From Pirellulales bacterium (GTDB lineage Bacteria; Planctomycetota; Planctomycetia; Pirellulales; JAICIG01): a stretch of 64,000 nucleotides of DNA. The notes beneath the pieces are model-generated. The model was not told the origin of the DNA and did not search any database. It worked only from the letters and a program-made list of their open reading frames with translations. Below are positions 62,105 to 64,000 of this stretch, one piece after another (within the stretch, counting starts at the first letter, position 1; every line of letters starts with the position of its first letter). The stretch lies in assembly GCA_040901675.1 (NCBI GenBank), contig JBBDYJ010000013.1, forward strand, positions 1 through 64,000, read 5' to 3'. The translations under genes were made by a program, and so were the position numbers.

Positions 62105-64000
62105 GTGAACGGATTGCGCATGGAGCGGCTGCTCGACTGGTTTCGCGGTCCCCAGTTGACCTGGAGCCTGCTTTGGCTGGGCCTGGTGATGATCACCTGC
62201 GCCTTGCTGGCCTTGATGGTCACGCGCTGGGGCCAGTCGCGTCCGTTGCGAAAATGCGTGGTGCTGTCGCTGTTGACGCATCTGCTGTTGGCCACGTATG
62301 CCACCACGGTGCAGATTGTGGCATCCGCGCCGGGCCGCTTGGAAGAACCGTCGCTGCGGATCACCTCCGTCGGCGAGGGGGACAGCCCGCGCCGGCGGCC
62401 GGAAGCGAGGGGATCGGCTGAACCGTGGGAGGAGTTTCCCCTCGACTCAACGCCTGATACGCCGGCGGCCGCGCTCGATCGCCCCGGCGAGGGACCGATC
62501 GAACCCGAACGCCTCGCCGCCGAGGACCCGAGCGTGCTGGCCAGCCAGGTGCCTGCGGCGTCGCTCGATCCTTCCCACACCGGACCACGCCCGCAGCCGA
62601 TCGAGCCGGCCCACGATCGAGATGAACCGTTCGAATCGCCGGCCGAACCGATTGATGCCCCGCAGGCCGCCAAGCAGGAGGCGGTCGACCCCGTCTCGGA
62701 CCAACACCACTTGCCGCGGCCGGCCGGCCTGGAACCGGATCTCGAGCCGCGGCCCGATGCCGGCGCCGACGAGCCAGTGCGCTCACAATTGGCTCAACCG
62801 GGCGGCACTGCGCACCTCGATGATCCGCCGACCAGCCCCGATCCACAATCGGCCATCGCCGGTTTCCAGGACTTCTCCCGGCGCGTGGCCAGCCCTCTGG
62901 ACGCCGAATCGCTGGAACCTCATACAGGCGCCAGGGCGGGTGCTCAGCGAACGTCCGACCCAGCCACGGGGCCCGCAGCGCGGCAACCGGCGAGCAGCGG
63001 CACGGCGGCTGACCGGGCTGCTGACGCGACCGGCAAGGCCCCGCGCCTCGATCCCATCGAAGCTCTACCCCTGGGCAAAATGCCCGAAGCCTATCAACTG
63101 CGGCGAACGCCCGGGCGCGCCGTTCTGACCGAGCAGCGGGGCGGCTCGCAAGCCACCGAGGCCTCCGTGAACGCCGCACTGGAGTGGCTGGCCGACCACC
63201 AGGAGCCCGGCGGCCGCTGGGATGCCAGCCGCTTCGGCGCCGGCCGCGGTCGCGATGCGCCCACCACGCACCGCCATGGCGCCGGGGCCGAGTCCGACAC
63301 CGGCGTGACCGGGCTGGCCTTGCTGGCTTTCCTCGGCGCCGGCCACACCCATGCCCAGGGAGATCATCGCCAGACGGTCGCGCGCGGCTTGGAGTTCCTG
63401 CTGGCCAGCCAGGCCGCCGATGGCAACCTGGCCGGCAAGGCCGAGCTGTATGCCTTCATGTACTGTCACGGCATGGCGGCCTTTGCGTTGAGCGAGGCCT
63501 ACGGCATGACGCTCGACGAGCGGTTGCTCGATCCGGTGCGGCGGGCGATGGGGTACACGCTGCGGGCGCAGAACCGCAGCACCGGCGGTTGGCGGTATCG
63601 GCCCGGCGACACGGGCGACACCAGCCAGTTGGGCTGGCAGCTCATGGCGCTCAAGAGCGGCGAACTGGCCGGGATCCAGATTCCCAGCCAATCGAAGGAC
63701 GGCATGGTCCGGTTCCTGTCGAGCGTGGCCTCGGGACGGCGCGGCGGCCTGTCCAGCTACCGGCCGGGCGAGAAAGTCAGCCGGGCAATGACGGCCGAGG
63801 CGCTGGTTTGCCGGCAGCTTTTGGGGATGGCCCGAGCGAACCCGGCCGGCGACGAAGCAGGCGACTTCCTGCTTGAGGAACCGCCGGGCACAGGCCAGCC
63901 GAACCTTTACTATTGGTACTACGCCACTCTGGGCATGTACCAGTTGCAGGGCGAGCATTGGACCCGCTGGAACGATGCGCTGGTATCCACGCTGGTCGAA
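62105..64000 (+). CDS. Membrane-anchored protein with SxxxH helix, Pro/acidic linker and prenyltransferase/squalene-oxidase-repeat barrel (runs off window; absent from ORF track)
   Basis: GTG 62105; TRWGQSRPLRKCVVLSLLTHLLL; in-frame AALEWLADHQEPGGRW, TGLALLAFLGAG, QAADG, GGWRY, GDTSQLGW, NLYYWYY. Confidence 0.85.
   Translation, partial: MNGLRMERLLDWFRGPQLTWSLLWLGLVMITCALLALMVTRWGQSRPLRKCVVLSLLTHLLLATYATTVQIVASAPGRLEEPSLRITSVGEGDSPRRRPEARGSAEPWEEFPLDSTPDTPAAALDRPGEGPIEPERLAAEDPSVLASQVPAASLDPSHTGPRPQPIEPAHDRDEPFESPAEPIDAPQAAKQEAVDPVSDQHHLPRPAGLEPDLEPRPDAGADEPVRSQLAQPGGTAHLDDPPTSPDPQSAIAGFQDFSRRVASPLDAESLEPHTGARAGAQRTSDPATGPAARQPASSGTAADRAADATGKAPRLDPIEALPLGKMPEAYQLRRTPGRAVLTEQRGGSQATEASVNAALEWLADHQEPGGRWDASRFGAGRGRDAPTTHRHGAGAESDTGVTGLALLAFLGAGHTHAQGDHRQTVARGLEFLLASQAADGNLAGKAELYAFMYCHGMAAFALSEAYGMTLDERLLDPVRRAMGYTLRAQNRSTGGWRYRPGDTGDTSQLGWQLMALKSGELAGIQIPSQSKDGMVRFLSSVASGRRGGLSSYRPGEKVSRAMTAEALVCRQLLGMARANPAGDEAGDFLLEEPPGTGQPNLYYWYYATLGMYQLQGEHWTRWNDALVSTLVE

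Noticed and set aside
62105..64000. True squalene-hopene cyclase
   Set aside because: No DxDD motif in the visible part, and the TM anchor plus linker architecture differs; C-terminus lies outside the window

Overview
High-GC bacterial DNA, very probably Planctomycetota (Pirellulales-like). The assignment rests on DUF1559, DUF1501, a PVC-type CxxCH haem protein, an LEDRxLL exported protein, a short 5S rRNA and an unlinked rRNA locus. The window holds about 45 protein genes, tRNA-Phe/Ala/Ile and a tRNA-Ile, tRNA-Ala, 23S, 5S locus with no 16S. Two lower-GC islets carry toxin-antitoxin modules: a HigB-HigA-SecB-like TAC triad and an AbiEi/AbiEii pair. Dispersed REP-like and heptamer repeats are common. 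Four signals are not explained by the ORF track. (1) A candidate metal-sensing module at 8.8-10.3 kb: a Fur/Zur-like palindrome over a leaderless promoter, then a His-rich CxxC...RAPP leader whose Ala-Pro-Pro codons are complementary to the Shine-Dalgarno of a downstream DUF1559 prepilin-like gene. (2) A hidden ArsC-like UxxC selenoprotein with an in-frame TGA and a SECIS-like hairpin. (3) A pore-less tandem voltage-sensor protein ending in a coiled coil. (4) A TPR-ExbB-ExbD cluster whose TonB/TolA-position gene carries an SxxxH anchor, a Pro-rich linker and a prenyltransferase/squalene-cyclase-like barrel. All calls come from reading motifs by eye; no database searches were run.
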